A DNA stretch of 64,000 nt from an uncultured Pelagibacteraceae bacterium (lineage in GTDB: Bacteria > Pseudomonadota > Alphaproteobacteria > Pelagibacterales > Pelagibacteraceae). Shown here one piece after another: positions 11,052-25,491 of the stretch. The notes under the pieces were generated by a model that did no database searches, was not told the DNA's origin, and saw nothing but the letters and a program-made list of their open reading frames with translations. Every line of letters begins with the position of its first letter. The first letter of the stretch is position 1. The translations under genes were made by a program, and so were the position numbers. The stretch is taken from the NCBI GenBank assembly GCA_902555965.1, contig CACDUM010000002.1:353-64352 (forward strand), in the 5' to 3' direction.

Positions 11052-12823
11052 GTTCTTACAAAATAATCGATCATGAATACGATGTGGTAGTCTTGGGAGC
11101 AGGTGGTTCTGGTCTAAGGGCCGCAGTTGGTTTAAGTGAGGCTGGTTTAAAAACAGCTTGTATTTCAAAAGTCTTTCCAACTAGAAGTCACACCTCTGCA
11201 GCGCAAGGTGGTATTTCCGCTGCTTTAGGAAATATGGGTGAGGATGATTGGCGTTGGCATATGTACGATACAGTTAAAGGAGCTGATTGGTTAGGTGATC
11301 AGGATAGTATTGAATATCTCTGTAAGGAGGCACCAAAGGCTGTAATAGAGCTAGAAAAATATGGTGTTCCATTTAGCAGAACTGAAGATGGAAAAATTTA
11401 TCAAAGACCATTTGGTGGTATGACCAAAAATTACGGCAATGGAATTGTACAAAGAACTTGTGCAGCTGCTGATAGAACAGGTCACGCAATTTTACATACT
11501 TTGTATGGACAAGCTTTAAAACATAATACAGAATTTTTTATTGAGTATTTTGCATTAGATTTATTAATGAAAGATGGAGCGTGCAAAGGTCTAATTGCTT
11601 GGAATTTAAATGATGGAACTATTCATAGATTTAGAGCTCACACTGTTATAATTGCAACAGGTGGTTATGGAAAAGTATATTATTCTGCAACATCAGCCCA
11701 TACTTGTACGGGTGATGGTAATGCGATGGTATTAAGAGCAGGTTTGCCTTTGCAAGATATGGAATTTGTGCAGTTCCATCCAACTGGAATTTATGGTCAT
11801 GGCACTTTGATCACAGAGGGCGCAAGAGGTGAAGGAGGATATCTTACAAATTCTAAGGGTGAAAGATTTATGGAAAGATATGCCCCTAAAGCAAAAGATT
11901 TAGCATCAAGAGATGTTGTGAGCAGATCAATGTCAATTGAGATTAATGAAGGAAGAGGAGTGGGAAAAGATCAAGATCATGTGCATCTTAATTTAAGTCA
12001 CTTAGATAAGGATATTATCGAAAGTAGGTTACCTGGTATAACTGATGCTGCAAGATTATTTGCTAATGTAGATGTTACTAAAGAACCAATTCCGGTTGTT
12101 CCAACGGTTCATTATAATATGGGCGGTATTCCAACAAATTATAAAGCAGAAGTATTAACTGTAAATGGTTCAGAAAAAACTGTTCCAGGTTTAATGGCAA
12201 TAGGTGAAGCAGCGTGTGTTTCAGTTCATGGTGCAAACAGACTTGGTTCAAACTCATTAATTGATTTAGTTGTTTTTGGTAGAGCAGCTGCTAAACGCGC
12301 AGCAGAGCTAATAAAACCAGGAACTCCACACGAGGAAATCAGTGAAACAGAAACCCAAAAATGCTTAGATCGTTTTGATAAGATAAGAAATTCACAGGGT
12401 GACATCGGAACAGCTGAACTAAGGTTATCAATGCAGAAAACTATGCAATCTAAGTGTGCTGTTTTTAGAACTGAAAAAACTCTTAAAGAAGGTGTTAATG
12501 AAATAAGAAAAACTTATGACGGGCTAGACTCTTTATCAGTTAAAGATAAATCTTTAATTTTTAACACTGATTTAGTTGAAACTTTAGAATTTGATAACCT
12601 AATAAGACAAGCTGTAGTAACAGTTGATTCAGCCTATAACAGAAAAGAAAGTCGAGGAGCACATGCGAGAGAAGACTTTCCAAAAAGAGATGATAATAAA
12701 TTTATGCAACATACTCTTGCCTGGTGTGACGGAAAAGATACAAAAATTAGTTATAGAGAAGTTCACAAATCAACACTAACTAATGAAGTGCAGTATTTTC
12801 CACCTCAGGAAAGAGTTTATTGA
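11048..12823 (+). CDS. sdhA: Succinate dehydrogenase flavoprotein subunit
   Basis: [38 protein letters not shown]. Confidence 0.99.
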   Translation: MSSYKIIDHEYDVVVLGAGGSGLRAAVGLSEAGLKTACISKVFPTRSHTSAAQGGISAALGNMGEDDWRWHMYDTVKGADWLGDQDSIEYLCKEAPKAVIELEKYGVPFSRTEDGKIYQRPFGGMTKNYGNGIVQRTCAAADRTGHAILHTLYGQALKHNTEFFIEYFALDLLMKDGACKGLIAWNLNDGTIHRFRAHTVIIATGGYGKVYYSATSAHTCTGDGNAMVLRAGLPLQDMEFVQFHPTGIYGHGTLITEGARGEGGYLTNSKGERFMERYAPKAKDLASRDVVSRSMSIEINEGRGVGKDQDHVHLNLSHLDKDIIESRLPGITDAARLFANVDVTKEPIPVVPTVHYNMGGIPTNYKAEVLTVNGSEKTVPGLMAIGEAACVSVHGANRLGSNSLIDLVVFGRAAAKRAAELIKPGTPHEEISETETQKCLDRFDKIRNSQGDIGTAELRLSMQKTMQSKCAVFRTEKTLKEGVNEIRKTYDGLDSLSVKDKSLIFNTDLVETLEFDNLIRQAVVTVDSAYNRKESRGAHAREDFPKRDDNKFMQHTLAWCDGKDTKISYREVHKSTLTNEVQYFPPQERVY

Positions 12824-13602
12824 TGGCTCAAATAGGTTTACCTGACAACTCCAAAGTAAAAAAAGGTAAATATTTTAAGGATAAAACTGGTTCAAAAAAT
12901 CTTAGAAAAGTAAATGTTTATAGATGGGATCCGTCTACAGAGGAAAATCCTAGAATTGATACCTATGAAGTTGATATGGATAATTGTCCCTCAAAAGTTT
13001 TAGATATTTTAAATAAAATTAAAAATGAAATAGATCCGACTTTGGCTTATAGAAGATCTTGTGCTCATGGAGTTTGTGGTTCTTGTGCAATGAATATGGA
13101 TGGAAAAAATGGCCTTGCCTGTACAACTCCCCACAAAGAAATAGATGGTGATATCAATATCTACCCATTACCACACCTTAAGGTCAAAAAAGATCTAATA
13201 GGCGACTTGGATGGTTTATATAAACAATATCAATCAATTGAGCCATGGTTAAAATCAAATTCAAAGTCAGAAACTAAAGAAATTTTTCAATCAAAAGAAG
13301 ATAGAGCTAAATTAGATGGCGCATATGAATGTATAATGTGTGCGTGTTGTTCAACTTCTTGCCCAAGTTATTGGTGGAATGGTGATAAATATCTAGGACC
13401 AGCAGTGCTTTTACAAGCCTATCGATGGATCATAGATAGTAGAGATGAAGAGAGAAATTCAAGACTAAAAAAAGTTGCAGATGAACTTAAACTTTATAGG
13501 TGTCATACAATTTTAAACTGCACTAGCGCTTGCCCCAAAGGGTTAAATCCTGCAAAAGCAATTGCCGAAATAAAAAAGATGTTAGCAACAGCTAATATTT
13601 AA
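12823..13602 (+). CDS. sdhB: Succinate dehydrogenase iron-sulfur subunit
   Basis: [37 protein letters not shown]. Confidence 0.98.
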   Translation: MAQIGLPDNSKVKKGKYFKDKTGSKNLRKVNVYRWDPSTEENPRIDTYEVDMDNCPSKVLDILNKIKNEIDPTLAYRRSCAHGVCGSCAMNMDGKNGLACTTPHKEIDGDINIYPLPHLKVKKDLIGDLDGLYKQYQSIEPWLKSNSKSETKEIFQSKEDRAKLDGAYECIMCACCSTSCPSYWWNGDKYLGPAVLLQAYRWIIDSRDEERNSRLKKVADELKLYRCHTILNCTSACPKGLNPAKAIAEIKKMLATANI

Positions 13603-13606
13603 ACAA

Positions 13607-13635
13607 TAGACTAATAACAATTTTTAATCTAAAAG
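13607..13635 (+). promoter_or_regulatory. Possible sigma70 promoter for mmsA
   Basis: TAGACT (13607-13612), 17 bp spacer, TAAAAG (13630-13635); AT-rich background makes chance matches likely. Confidence 0.35.
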
Positions 13636-13644
13636 GTCCTATTC

Positions 13645-17278
<3,634 letters not shown>

Positions 17279-17279
<1 letters not shown>

Positions 17280-18154
17280 TGTCAGTTCTTGTAAATAAAG
17301 AAACTAGGTTAATTTGTCAGGGTTTTACTGGTTCGCATGGAACATTTCACTCTGAGCAAGCAATTAAATATGGAACAAAATTAGTAGGTGGAGTCACTCC
17401 TAAAAAAGGAGGACAAAAACATTTAGGATTACCAGTTTTTAATACAGTTAAAGAGGCTAAAAACTCTGAGGGCGCCAACGCCACGATGATATATGTGCCA
17501 GCGAAGTTTGCTGCTGCAGCAATCATTGAGGCAATAGAGGCATCAATCGAGCTAATTGTTTGCATTACTGAAGGAATCCCAATTCAAGATATGTTGAGAG
17601 TTAAACAGAAATTACTAAAATCAAATTCCAGATTAATTGGACCTAATTGTCCAGGAATAATAACTCCAGATGAATGCAAAATTGGTATTATGCCAGGCAA
17701 TATTCACAAAAAAGGTTCAGTTGGTATTGTCTCTAGATCTGGGACTTTAACCTATGAGGCAGTTGCTCAAACCACAGAAAATGGATTAGGTCAATCTACT
17801 TGTATAGGTATTGGTGGAGATCCAATAAACGGTACAAATTTTATTGATTGCTTAGATTTATTTTTGAATGATGACGAAACAGAGTCTATTTTAATGATAG
17901 GAGAAATCGGAGGAACAGCTGAAGAGGAAGCAGCAGAATTTATTCAAAATCACAAAATAAAAAAACCAATTGTTGGCTTTATAGCGGGTATAACAGCACC
18001 ACCAGGTCGTAGAATGGGCCATGCTGGTGCAATCATTTCAGGGGGCAAAGGTGGCGCGAAAGATAAGATTAAAAAGATGGAAGATTGTGGGATAACAATG
18101 GCGAATTCTCCATCCAAAATTGGGAAAACACTTTTCGATAAATTGTCTGATTGA
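17279..18154 (+). CDS. sucD: Succinyl-CoA synthetase alpha subunit
   Basis: [30 protein letters not shown]. Confidence 0.98.
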
Positions 18155-18189
18155 AAAATTTCTTAGTCAGTTTATATTGATTTAACATA

Positions 18190-21063
18190 ATGTCTTCTTC
18201 TAAAAATTTAGAATTTAAAAAAACAGCATTTCTCAATAAATCAAACAGCGCTTTCATCGAAGAAATGTACTTAAAATTTGTAAATAATGATCCTGAATTA
18301 CCTGATAGCTGGAGAAAATATTTTAAGGAAGTTGGCGATGAAGACGATATAATTGTAAATGAAATCAATGGTCCTTCGTGGAGTCCTTCTAAGAAAGTTT
18401 CAATAAATAAAAAGCAAAATTTTGAAAATCAAATCACAGAGCAAAATGATGATGATATAATTAAATCAAATACAAATTCAATTAAAGCTGTTGCGATGAT
18501 CAGGTCGTATAGACAAAGAGGTCATCTTATTGCAAAGTTAGACCCATTAGGTTTGTTAAAAACAGATTATTTAGAGGAACTTCATCCAGAGTCTTATGGA
18601 TTTAAAAAAGAAGATTATCAAAAAAAAATTTTCTTAGACAATGTCACTAACAAGCAATACTCAAATATTAATGAGATATTAAAATTTTTAAAAGAAAAGT
18701 ATTGTGGTTCTTTAGGTTATGAATATATGCATATTTCAAATCCCACTGAAAGAAAATGGTTTAGAGATCGTGTTGAAAAGGCTGATGATTTCAATTTTAC
18801 ACAAAATGGTAAAGAGGCAATTCTTAACAAACTGATTCAGGCTGAGGGTTTTGAAAAATTTCTTCATACAAAATATGTTGGGACCAAAAGATTTGGTCTT
18901 GATGGTGGTGAAAGCTTAATTCCTGCACTTGAACAAATAATTAAAATTGGCGGACAGTCAAATGTTAGAGAAGTTAAAATCGGGATGTCTCATAGAGGTC
19001 GACTTAATGTATTGGCTAATGTTCTTCAAAAATCTTATAAAAGAATATTTAATGAGTTTGCGGGAGAAATAAGTTCAAAGTCTAAAGATGATACTGGTGA
19101 TGTTAAATATCATTTAGGTGCTTCATCTAATAGAGAGTTTGATGGAAATTCAGTTCATGTTAGTTTGACCGACAATCCTTCACATTTAGAAGCGGTAAAT
19201 CCAGTCGTCTTAGGACAAACTAGAGCAAAACAATTTTTTCATAAAGATAAAGAGAGAAAAAAAGTAATTCCGATTCTTATTCATGGAGATGCAGCCTTTG
19301 CTGGACAAGGAGTAGTTGCTGAATGCTTTGCGATGTCTGGTCTTCCAGGACATAACACTGGTGGCACAATTCATATTATCGTAAACAATCAAATAGGTTT
19401 TACAACAAGCCCTAGATTTGCGAGATCTTCGCCATATCCATCTGATATAGCTAAAATGGTTGAAGCTCCAATTATTCATGTTAATGGTGACGATCCAGAA
19501 GCAGTTGTTTACGCAGCAAGAATTGCAACAGACTTTAGATTAAAATTTAATAGAGATGTTGTCATTGATTTAATTTGCTACAGAAGATTTGGACATAATG
19601 AGGGTGATGAGCCCTCATTTACTCAGCCTTTAATGTATAAAAAGATAAGATCTCATCCTTCAACTATTAAAGTTTATGGTGAAAAACTGGTAAGTGAAGG
19701 ATCAATTACAAATGATTATTTAAAAAATTCTATAAAAAAATTTAAAGATCTTTTAGATGATCAATTTAAAAATGCAAAAAATTATAAACCAAAAATAGAG
19801 TGGTTTGAGGGAACCTGGTCAAGATATAGACCAGAGCGAGGAAAAGACAAAAGAGGAGTAACAGGTTCTGACACCAAAAAATTGAGAAATATTTCCGATA
19901 AAATAAATACAATACCGACTGAAATAAATATTCACAAAACAATTACAAAAATTCTAGAGAATCGTAGAATTTCAGTTTCTAATGGCAACGGCATAGACTG
20001 GTCTACCGCAGAGTCTTTAGCTTTTGGTTCATTGTTGGAGGAGGGTTATCCAGTAAGACTTGTAGGTCAAGATTCAGGAAGAGGAACATTTAGTCAAAGA
20101 CATTCTGTTTTAAGAAATCAAATAGATAATTCGAGATATATCCCTTTAAATAATATTTCTAATAAACAAAAAAATTTTGAAATAGTAGATAGTTTTTTAT
20201 CAGAATTAGCTGTTTTAGGGTTTGAATATGGATATAGTTTAGTTGAACCTAATACTCTTACTATCTGGGAGGCTCAATTTGGAGATTTCGCTAATGGTGC
20301 ACAAGTAGTTATCGATCAATTCATAGCTTCTGGTGAACGAAAGTGGTCAAGAGCGTCTGGTCTAGTAATGTTGTTACCACATGGATATGAGGGACAAGGA
20401 CCCGAGCATTCATCAGCAAGGTTAGAGAGGTTTTTACAATTATGTTCAAATGACAATATGCAAGTCATGAATTGCACAACTCCTGCAAATTATTTTCATG
20501 CTTTAAGAAGACAAATGCATAGAGATTTTAGAAAACCATTAATTATCATGACCCCTAAATCTTTATTACGTCATAAACATTGTGTTTCCAATTTGGATGA
20601 TTTTAGTAAAAAAAATTCATTTCATAGAGTTTTATGGGATCATGCTATTGATCCGAAAGTAAAAGGATTTATTAAACTAAAAAAATCAAAAGATATTGAA
20701 AAAGTGATTCTTTGTTCTGGAAAAGTCTATTTTGATTTACTTGAAGCAAGAGAAAAAATAAAAAAAGACAACGTGGTGTTATATCGGATTGAACAACTTT
20801 ACCCTTTTCCTGCAAAAGCACTTGCTAATGAGCTCAAACCATATGCAAAAAAAGCAAAATTTTATTGGTGTCAAGAAGAACCAAAAAATATGGGTGCTTG
20901 GTTTTCAGTCAGAGACTATATCCAATGGACATTAGATAATATAAAGGCTAAGAATAGTATAATTTCTTATATTGGAAGAAGTCCAGATGCATCACCTGCA
21001 ACAGGATATGCCAAAAGACATGTTTCTCAACAACAAGAAATTATAAAGAAAGTTTTTGAATAA
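18190..21063 (+). CDS. sucA: 2-oxoglutarate dehydrogenase E1
   Basis: HRGRLNVL, GDVKYHLG, HGDAAFAGQG, WEAQFGDFANGAQ, GQGPEHSSARLER. Confidence 0.98.
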   Translation: MSSSKNLEFKKTAFLNKSNSAFIEEMYLKFVNNDPELPDSWRKYFKEVGDEDDIIVNEINGPSWSPSKKVSINKKQNFENQITEQNDDDIIKSNTNSIKAVAMIRSYRQRGHLIAKLDPLGLLKTDYLEELHPESYGFKKEDYQKKIFLDNVTNKQYSNINEILKFLKEKYCGSLGYEYMHISNPTERKWFRDRVEKADDFNFTQNGKEAILNKLIQAEGFEKFLHTKYVGTKRFGLDGGESLIPALEQIIKIGGQSNVREVKIGMSHRGRLNVLANVLQKSYKRIFNEFAGEISSKSKDDTGDVKYHLGASSNREFDGNSVHVSLTDNPSHLEAVNPVVLGQTRAKQFFHKDKERKKVIPILIHGDAAFAGQGVVAECFAMSGLPGHNTGGTIHIIVNNQIGFTTSPRFARSSPYPSDIAKMVEAPIIHVNGDDPEAVVYAARIATDFRLKFNRDVVIDLICYRRFGHNEGDEPSFTQPLMYKKIRSHPSTIKVYGEKLVSEGSITNDYLKNSIKKFKDLLDDQFKNAKNYKPKIEWFEGTWSRYRPERGKDKRGVTGSDTKKLRNISDKINTIPTEINIHKTITKILENRRISVSNGNGIDWSTAESLAFGSLLEEGYPVRLVGQDSGRGTFSQRHSVLRNQIDNSRYIPLNNISNKQKNFEIVDSFLSELAVLGFEYGYSLVEPNTLTIWEAQFGDFANGAQVVIDQFIASGERKWSRASGLVMLLPHGYEGQGPEHSSARLERFLQLCSNDNMQVMNCTTPANYFHALRRQMHRDFRKPLIIMTPKSLLRHKHCVSNLDDFSKKNSFHRVLWDHAIDPKVKGFIKLKKSKDIEKVILCSGKVYFDLLEAREKIKKDNVVLYRIEQLYPFPAKALANELKPYAKKAKFYWCQEEPKNMGAWFSVRDYIQWTLDNIKAKNSIISYIGRSPDASPATGYAKRHVSQQQEIIKKVFE

Positions 21064-21069
21064 ATATTA

Positions 21070-22356
21070 ATGAGTGAAAAGATATTAGTTCCAGTTCTTG
21101 GGGAAAGTATCACAGAGGCAACTGTCTCTAAGTGGTTAAAAAACGAGGGTGACTCAGTTGAAGCTGATGAACCACTTGTTGAACTAGAAACTGATAAAGT
21201 AAATTTAGAGGTTCCTTCTCCAGTATCTGGGGTTCTTACAAAAATAAATTCAAAAAATGGATCGGTCGTTGAAGTTGGTGCTGATTTAGGATCCGTTTCA
21301 GAGAGTGAGACTAAGTCTAAAGAAAATCAGGAAATTAAAAAGATACAACCCACTGTAAAAGTTGATAAAGAAAATTTGATAGATGAAGATGATAAAGATG
21401 AAGATATGGAAGTTTTTCAAGACAATGATGAGGAAGAGAAACCATTAGTTCTTACAAAAGAGGTAGAGCCTTTAAAAGTAGAAGTTGAAACAAAAATTGA
21501 CGAAACTTTGTCCCCAGCAGTAAGAAAAATTGTAACTGAAAACAAGATAGATATCAGCTCTGTCAAAGGTTCAGGAAAAGATGGCAGAGTTTTAAAAGGT
21601 GATCTGATAAATTTAATGGGTATCAATCCTCCTCCATCTGAAAGAAAAATAAAATATGGTCAAGAGGAAAGAATTAAGATGACCAGATTAAGACAAACTA
21701 TTGCCAAGAGATTAAAACAAGCGCAGGATAATGCAGCCTTACTGACAACATTTAATGAAGTTGATATGTCAAATGTAATGGCAATGAGGAAAGAAAATCA
21801 AGATGATTTTCAAAATCGCTATGGGGTAAAATTGGGGTTTATGTCCTTTTTCGTTAAAGCAAGTATAGTAGCATTAAAAAATTTCCCAGCGATAAATGCT
21901 GAAATTGAAGGTGATACAATTGTTTATAAAAATTATTATAATATAAGTTTTGCAGTTGGCACTGAAAAAGGATTGGTCGTACCAGTCCTCAAAAACGCAG
22001 ATGAATTGTCTTTTGCAGATATTGAAAAAAATATTAAAGAAATTTCTGAAAAAGCAAAAAATGGGAAATTGACAATTGAAGATCTTCAAGGTGGAACTTT
22101 CACCATCAGTAATGGAGGTGTCTATGGTTCAATGCTTTCAACCCCTATTCTTAATCTTCCACAATCAGGTGTCTTAGGTATGCATAATATAGTTGATAGA
22201 CCTATTGTAGTTGATGGAGAAATTAAGATCAGACCTATAATGTACTTAGCGTTATCATATGACCATAGAATTGTTGATGGTAAAGAGTCTGTTTCCTTTT
22301 TAAAAATGATAAAAGAAAATTTAGAGGAACCAAGAAGGCTATTTTTGGATATTTAA
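21070..22356 (+). CDS. sucB: Dihydrolipoamide succinyltransferase E2
   Basis: Lipoyl motif [24 protein letters not shown]. Confidence 0.98.
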   Translation: MSEKILVPVLGESITEATVSKWLKNEGDSVEADEPLVELETDKVNLEVPSPVSGVLTKINSKNGSVVEVGADLGSVSESETKSKENQEIKKIQPTVKVDKENLIDEDDKDEDMEVFQDNDEEEKPLVLTKEVEPLKVEVETKIDETLSPAVRKIVTENKIDISSVKGSGKDGRVLKGDLINLMGINPPPSERKIKYGQEERIKMTRLRQTIAKRLKQAQDNAALLTTFNEVDMSNVMAMRKENQDDFQNRYGVKLGFMSFFVKASIVALKNFPAINAEIEGDTIVYKNYYNISFAVGTEKGLVVPVLKNADELSFADIEKNIKEISEKAKNGKLTIEDLQGGTFTISNGGVYGSMLSTPILNLPQSGVLGMHNIVDRPIVVDGEIKIRPIMYLALSYDHRIVDGKESVSFLKMIKENLEEPRRLFLDI

Positions 22357-23757
22357 ATGACAGATAAATTTCAAGCAGTAGTAATTGGTGGAGGACCTGG
22401 AGGTTATGTTTGCGCAATAAGATTAGCACAATTAGGCCTCAAAACTGCATGTATAGAATCTAGAGGTTCACTAGGTGGTACTTGTTTGAATGTTGGATGT
22501 ATTCCTTCTAAAAGTTTATTAAATTTATCTGAGGAGTTTCATAAAGCACAAAGTCTATCAAATAAGGGAATTGAAATTGGTGAGGTAAAATTAAACTTGT
22601 CAAAAATGATGAAGAATAAGGACAAAGCGGTTACAATTTTGACTAAAGGAGTGGAATTTCTTCTTAAAAAAAACAAAGTCACCTATTTTAAAGGTACCGG
22701 AAGTTTCAAATCTAAAAATGATATTGTAATCAAAGATAACGATAATAAAGAGACAATTATACAAACTGAAAATACTATAATTGCAACTGGTTCAGTTCCA
22801 GTATCATTGCCAGGAGTTGAAATTGATGAAAAAGTAATTGTTTCATCCACTGGAGCACTTAAATTAGAACAAGTCCCCAAAAAAATGGTCGTAGTTGGTG
22901 GAGGATACATAGGTTTAGAGATGGGATCTGTATGGTCTAGACTTGGTTCAGAAGTCCATGTAGTCGAATTTCTAGATCATATCACACCAGGTATGGACAA
23001 AGAGATTTCAAGTGAGTTTATGAAAATTCTAAAAAAACAAGGTATCAATTTTCATATGCAGCATAAAGTAGAGAAAATTAAAAAGAGTAACAATAATGCA
23101 ATTGTTTCAACTTTAAACGAAAATGGTGCCAAAAAAGATTTTGAATGTGATGTAGTATTAATATCTGTTGGTCGAAAGCCAAATACAGAGGGACTAAATC
23201 TTCAAAAAATTGGAGTGGAATTAGATGAAAAAAAGAGAGTAAAAACAGACAAAAATTTTAAAACTAATCAAAATAATATTTATGCGATAGGAGATGTAAT
23301 AAGTGGTCCCATGTTAGCTCATAAAGCTGAAGATGAGGGAATTGCGGTCGCAGAAAATATAGCAGGTCAATCAGGTCATGTTAACTATGATACTATTCCT
23401 GGTGTGATTTATACGAGTCCAGAAGTTGCCTCTATTGGAAAAACAGAGGAACAATTAAAAGAACTGAAAATAAATTATAAAATTGGAAAATTTTCATTTA
23501 TGGCTAACTCTAGAGCAAAAGCCATTGATGACACCGAGGGTTTTGTAAAAATTCTTGCTGATGAAAAAACTGATCAAGTATTGGGAGCACACTTAATAGG
23601 TCCACACGCTGGAGAATTAATTGCTGAGATTGGAATTGCGATGGAGTTTGGAGCAAGTTCAGAAGATATAGCGCGTACATGTCATGCTCATCCTACTTTT
23701 TCAGAAGCAGTAAAAGAAGCAGCTTTATCAGTAGAGAAAAGAGCTATACACTCTTAA
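22357..23757 (+). CDS. lpdA: Dihydrolipoyl dehydrogenase E3
   Basis: GGGPGG, GGTCLNVGCIPSK, LAHKAEDEG, HAHPTFSE. Confidence 0.98.
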   Translation: MTDKFQAVVIGGGPGGYVCAIRLAQLGLKTACIESRGSLGGTCLNVGCIPSKSLLNLSEEFHKAQSLSNKGIEIGEVKLNLSKMMKNKDKAVTILTKGVEFLLKKNKVTYFKGTGSFKSKNDIVIKDNDNKETIIQTENTIIATGSVPVSLPGVEIDEKVIVSSTGALKLEQVPKKMVVVGGGYIGLEMGSVWSRLGSEVHVVEFLDHITPGMDKEISSEFMKILKKQGINFHMQHKVEKIKKSNNNAIVSTLNENGAKKDFECDVVLISVGRKPNTEGLNLQKIGVELDEKKRVKTDKNFKTNQNNIYAIGDVISGPMLAHKAEDEGIAVAENIAGQSGHVNYDTIPGVIYTSPEVASIGKTEEQLKELKINYKIGKFSFMANSRAKAIDDTEGFVKILADEKTDQVLGAHLIGPHAGELIAEIGIAMEFGASSEDIARTCHAHPTFSEAVKEAALSVEKRAIHS

Positions 23758-23782
23758 TTGGTAAATTTTTGGTAAAAAAATA

Positions 23783-25450
23783 ATGAAAAAAGCTAGGGTA
23801 GGTATAATTGTTGATAACCTAAACTCATCGAAACAAATTTTTGACTTTATTACGGCGTCACAAAAATCAAATAATTATGAAGTAAGCCATATTATAATTC
23901 AAAAAATTAGTAAAAAAAAAAATCAAAATTTTTTAGAAAAATCATCAGAGTATATTAAAAGAAGAGGTTTTAAAAAATTTGTATCTGCTGCTGGATTTAA
24001 AATGTTGACCATATTAGAGTCAATGATTTTAAAGAGATTTAAAGTTTTTTCAGATTTCTTTGATGAGTATTCTCTTAAAGAATTTAATATTGAATCAATT
24101 GAAGTTGAACCAGAAATATCAGAAAATGGTCTTTTTTATACTTATACTGAAATTGATTTACAAAAAATTAGATCACTAAATTTAAATCTTTTAATACGTG
24201 GTGGATCTGGAATTTTAAAAGGAGAAATTTTAGAACTTTGCAAAAATGGCATAATTTCATTTCATCATGGTGATAATGATTTTTATCGTGGTGGACCGCC
24301 GGGATTTTGGGAAATAATCAATAAAGAAACAAGAACCGGATTTATAATACAAAGACTTGGAAATGAGCTTGATAATGGTGAAGTATTATTTAAAGGTTAT
24401 TTTACTACTCATTGGATTTATACAATAAATTTAATTAATCTCTTGGAAAAATCTAATATTTTTCTACATCACACAATTGATGAAATAACATCACAAAACC
24501 CTAAGGAAAGACTTAAATTTGAGAAAAAAACTACAGGGAAAATTTATTCAATACCTTCACTTTATATTTTATTTTCCTATTTATTTTCTACTTTAAAAAA
24601 AATTTTAATTAAGATTTTAAGTAAAAATTTTTTACATAATTACAAATGGAATATTGCCTATAAATTTACGAATGAATGGCAGGGTGTAAACCTTACCCAA
24701 ACAAAAATAATACCTAATCCTCCAAACAGATACCTTGCAGACCCTTTTATTATCAAAAAAGGAGATAATCACTATTGTTTTGTTGAGGATTATAATTTTA
24801 AGACTAATAAGGGTTGTATTTCTGTTTACGAAATTAATAATGATTCATTCAAAGAACTGGGGGTAGTGCTAGAAGAAAATTTTCATCTTTCTTATCCATT
24901 TTTATTTCGTCACGAAAAAGAATTGTATATGTGTCCAGAAACACATGAGGCCAAAGATATAAGATTGTATAAATGTGTAGATTTTCCTCTAAAGTGGAAA
25001 TTTGCTAAAACTCTAATAAAAAATGTTTCAGCAGTAGATACTAATATTTTTTATAAAAATAAAAAATGGTGGTTACTTACTACTTTATCAAATAGTTCTT
25101 TATTAGATCATAACTCTCAATTACACGTTTTTAGCTGCGAAAATATTCTTTCTGATGAATGGAAGCCTCATAAAAAAAATCCAGTAATATTTGATCCTTT
25201 TTTTGCAAGAAATGCTGGATTAATAATTGAAGATAATAATTTTTATAGAGTTTATCAAAAACCGGGTTTCAATAGATATGGTGAATCATTGGGGGTAGCA
25301 AAAATTGAAGAATTAAATGAAGATAATTATAAAGAACAGAGTAAATTTGAAGTTTCACCTAATTTTTTAAAAGATATTGAAGGCACGCATACATACAATT
25401 TTTCTAATGGTCTTTTAGTTTTAGACTTTTTAAAAACTTCAAAAAAATAA
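23783..25450 (+). CDS. Uncharacterised two-domain protein: formyltransferase-like N-domain plus glycosidase-like (GH43/GH32 clan, GINT1 N-terminal-like) beta-propeller
   Basis: IISFHHGDNDFYRGGPPGFW...GFIIQRL..ELDNG resembles formyl-THF transferases; ADPF...FVED, HLSYPF, YMCPET, VDT, HxxNPV, RNAG, YG, HT resemble the propeller family; 555-aa open frame. Confidence 0.75.
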   Translation: MKKARVGIIVDNLNSSKQIFDFITASQKSNNYEVSHIIIQKISKKKNQNFLEKSSEYIKRRGFKKFVSAAGFKMLTILESMILKRFKVFSDFFDEYSLKEFNIESIEVEPEISENGLFYTYTEIDLQKIRSLNLNLLIRGGSGILKGEILELCKNGIISFHHGDNDFYRGGPPGFWEIINKETRTGFIIQRLGNELDNGEVLFKGYFTTHWIYTINLINLLEKSNIFLHHTIDEITSQNPKERLKFEKKTTGKIYSIPSLYILFSYLFSTLKKILIKILSKNFLHNYKWNIAYKFTNEWQGVNLTQTKIIPNPPNRYLADPFIIKKGDNHYCFVEDYNFKTNKGCISVYEINNDSFKELGVVLEENFHLSYPFLFRHEKELYMCPETHEAKDIRLYKCVDFPLKWKFAKTLIKNVSAVDTNIFYKNKKWWLLTTLSNSSLLDHNSQLHVFSCENILSDEWKPHKKNPVIFDPFFARNAGLIIEDNNFYRVYQKPGFNRYGESLGVAKIEELNEDNYKEQSKFEVSPNFLKDIEGTHTYNFSNGLLVLDFLKTSKK

Positions 25451-25480
25451 AACTAAATAATAAATATTTATAAGTTGTTA

Positions 25481-25486
25481 TATAAT
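25481..25486 (+). promoter_or_regulatory. Consensus -10 box just upstream of priA (candidate leaderless transcript)
   Basis: TATAAT at 25481-25486, ATG at 25492, no Shine-Dalgarno. Confidence 0.4.
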
Positions 25487-25491
25487 AAACT

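Noticed and set aside
23774-25450. Identical 10-mer AAAAAAATAA at 23774-23783 and 25441-25450 bracketing the orphan gene, and TTGGTAAA repeated just upstream
   Set aside because: Low-complexity sequence that is common in this AT-rich DNA; there is no integrase, transposase or tRNA nearby, so a target-site duplication cannot be supported.
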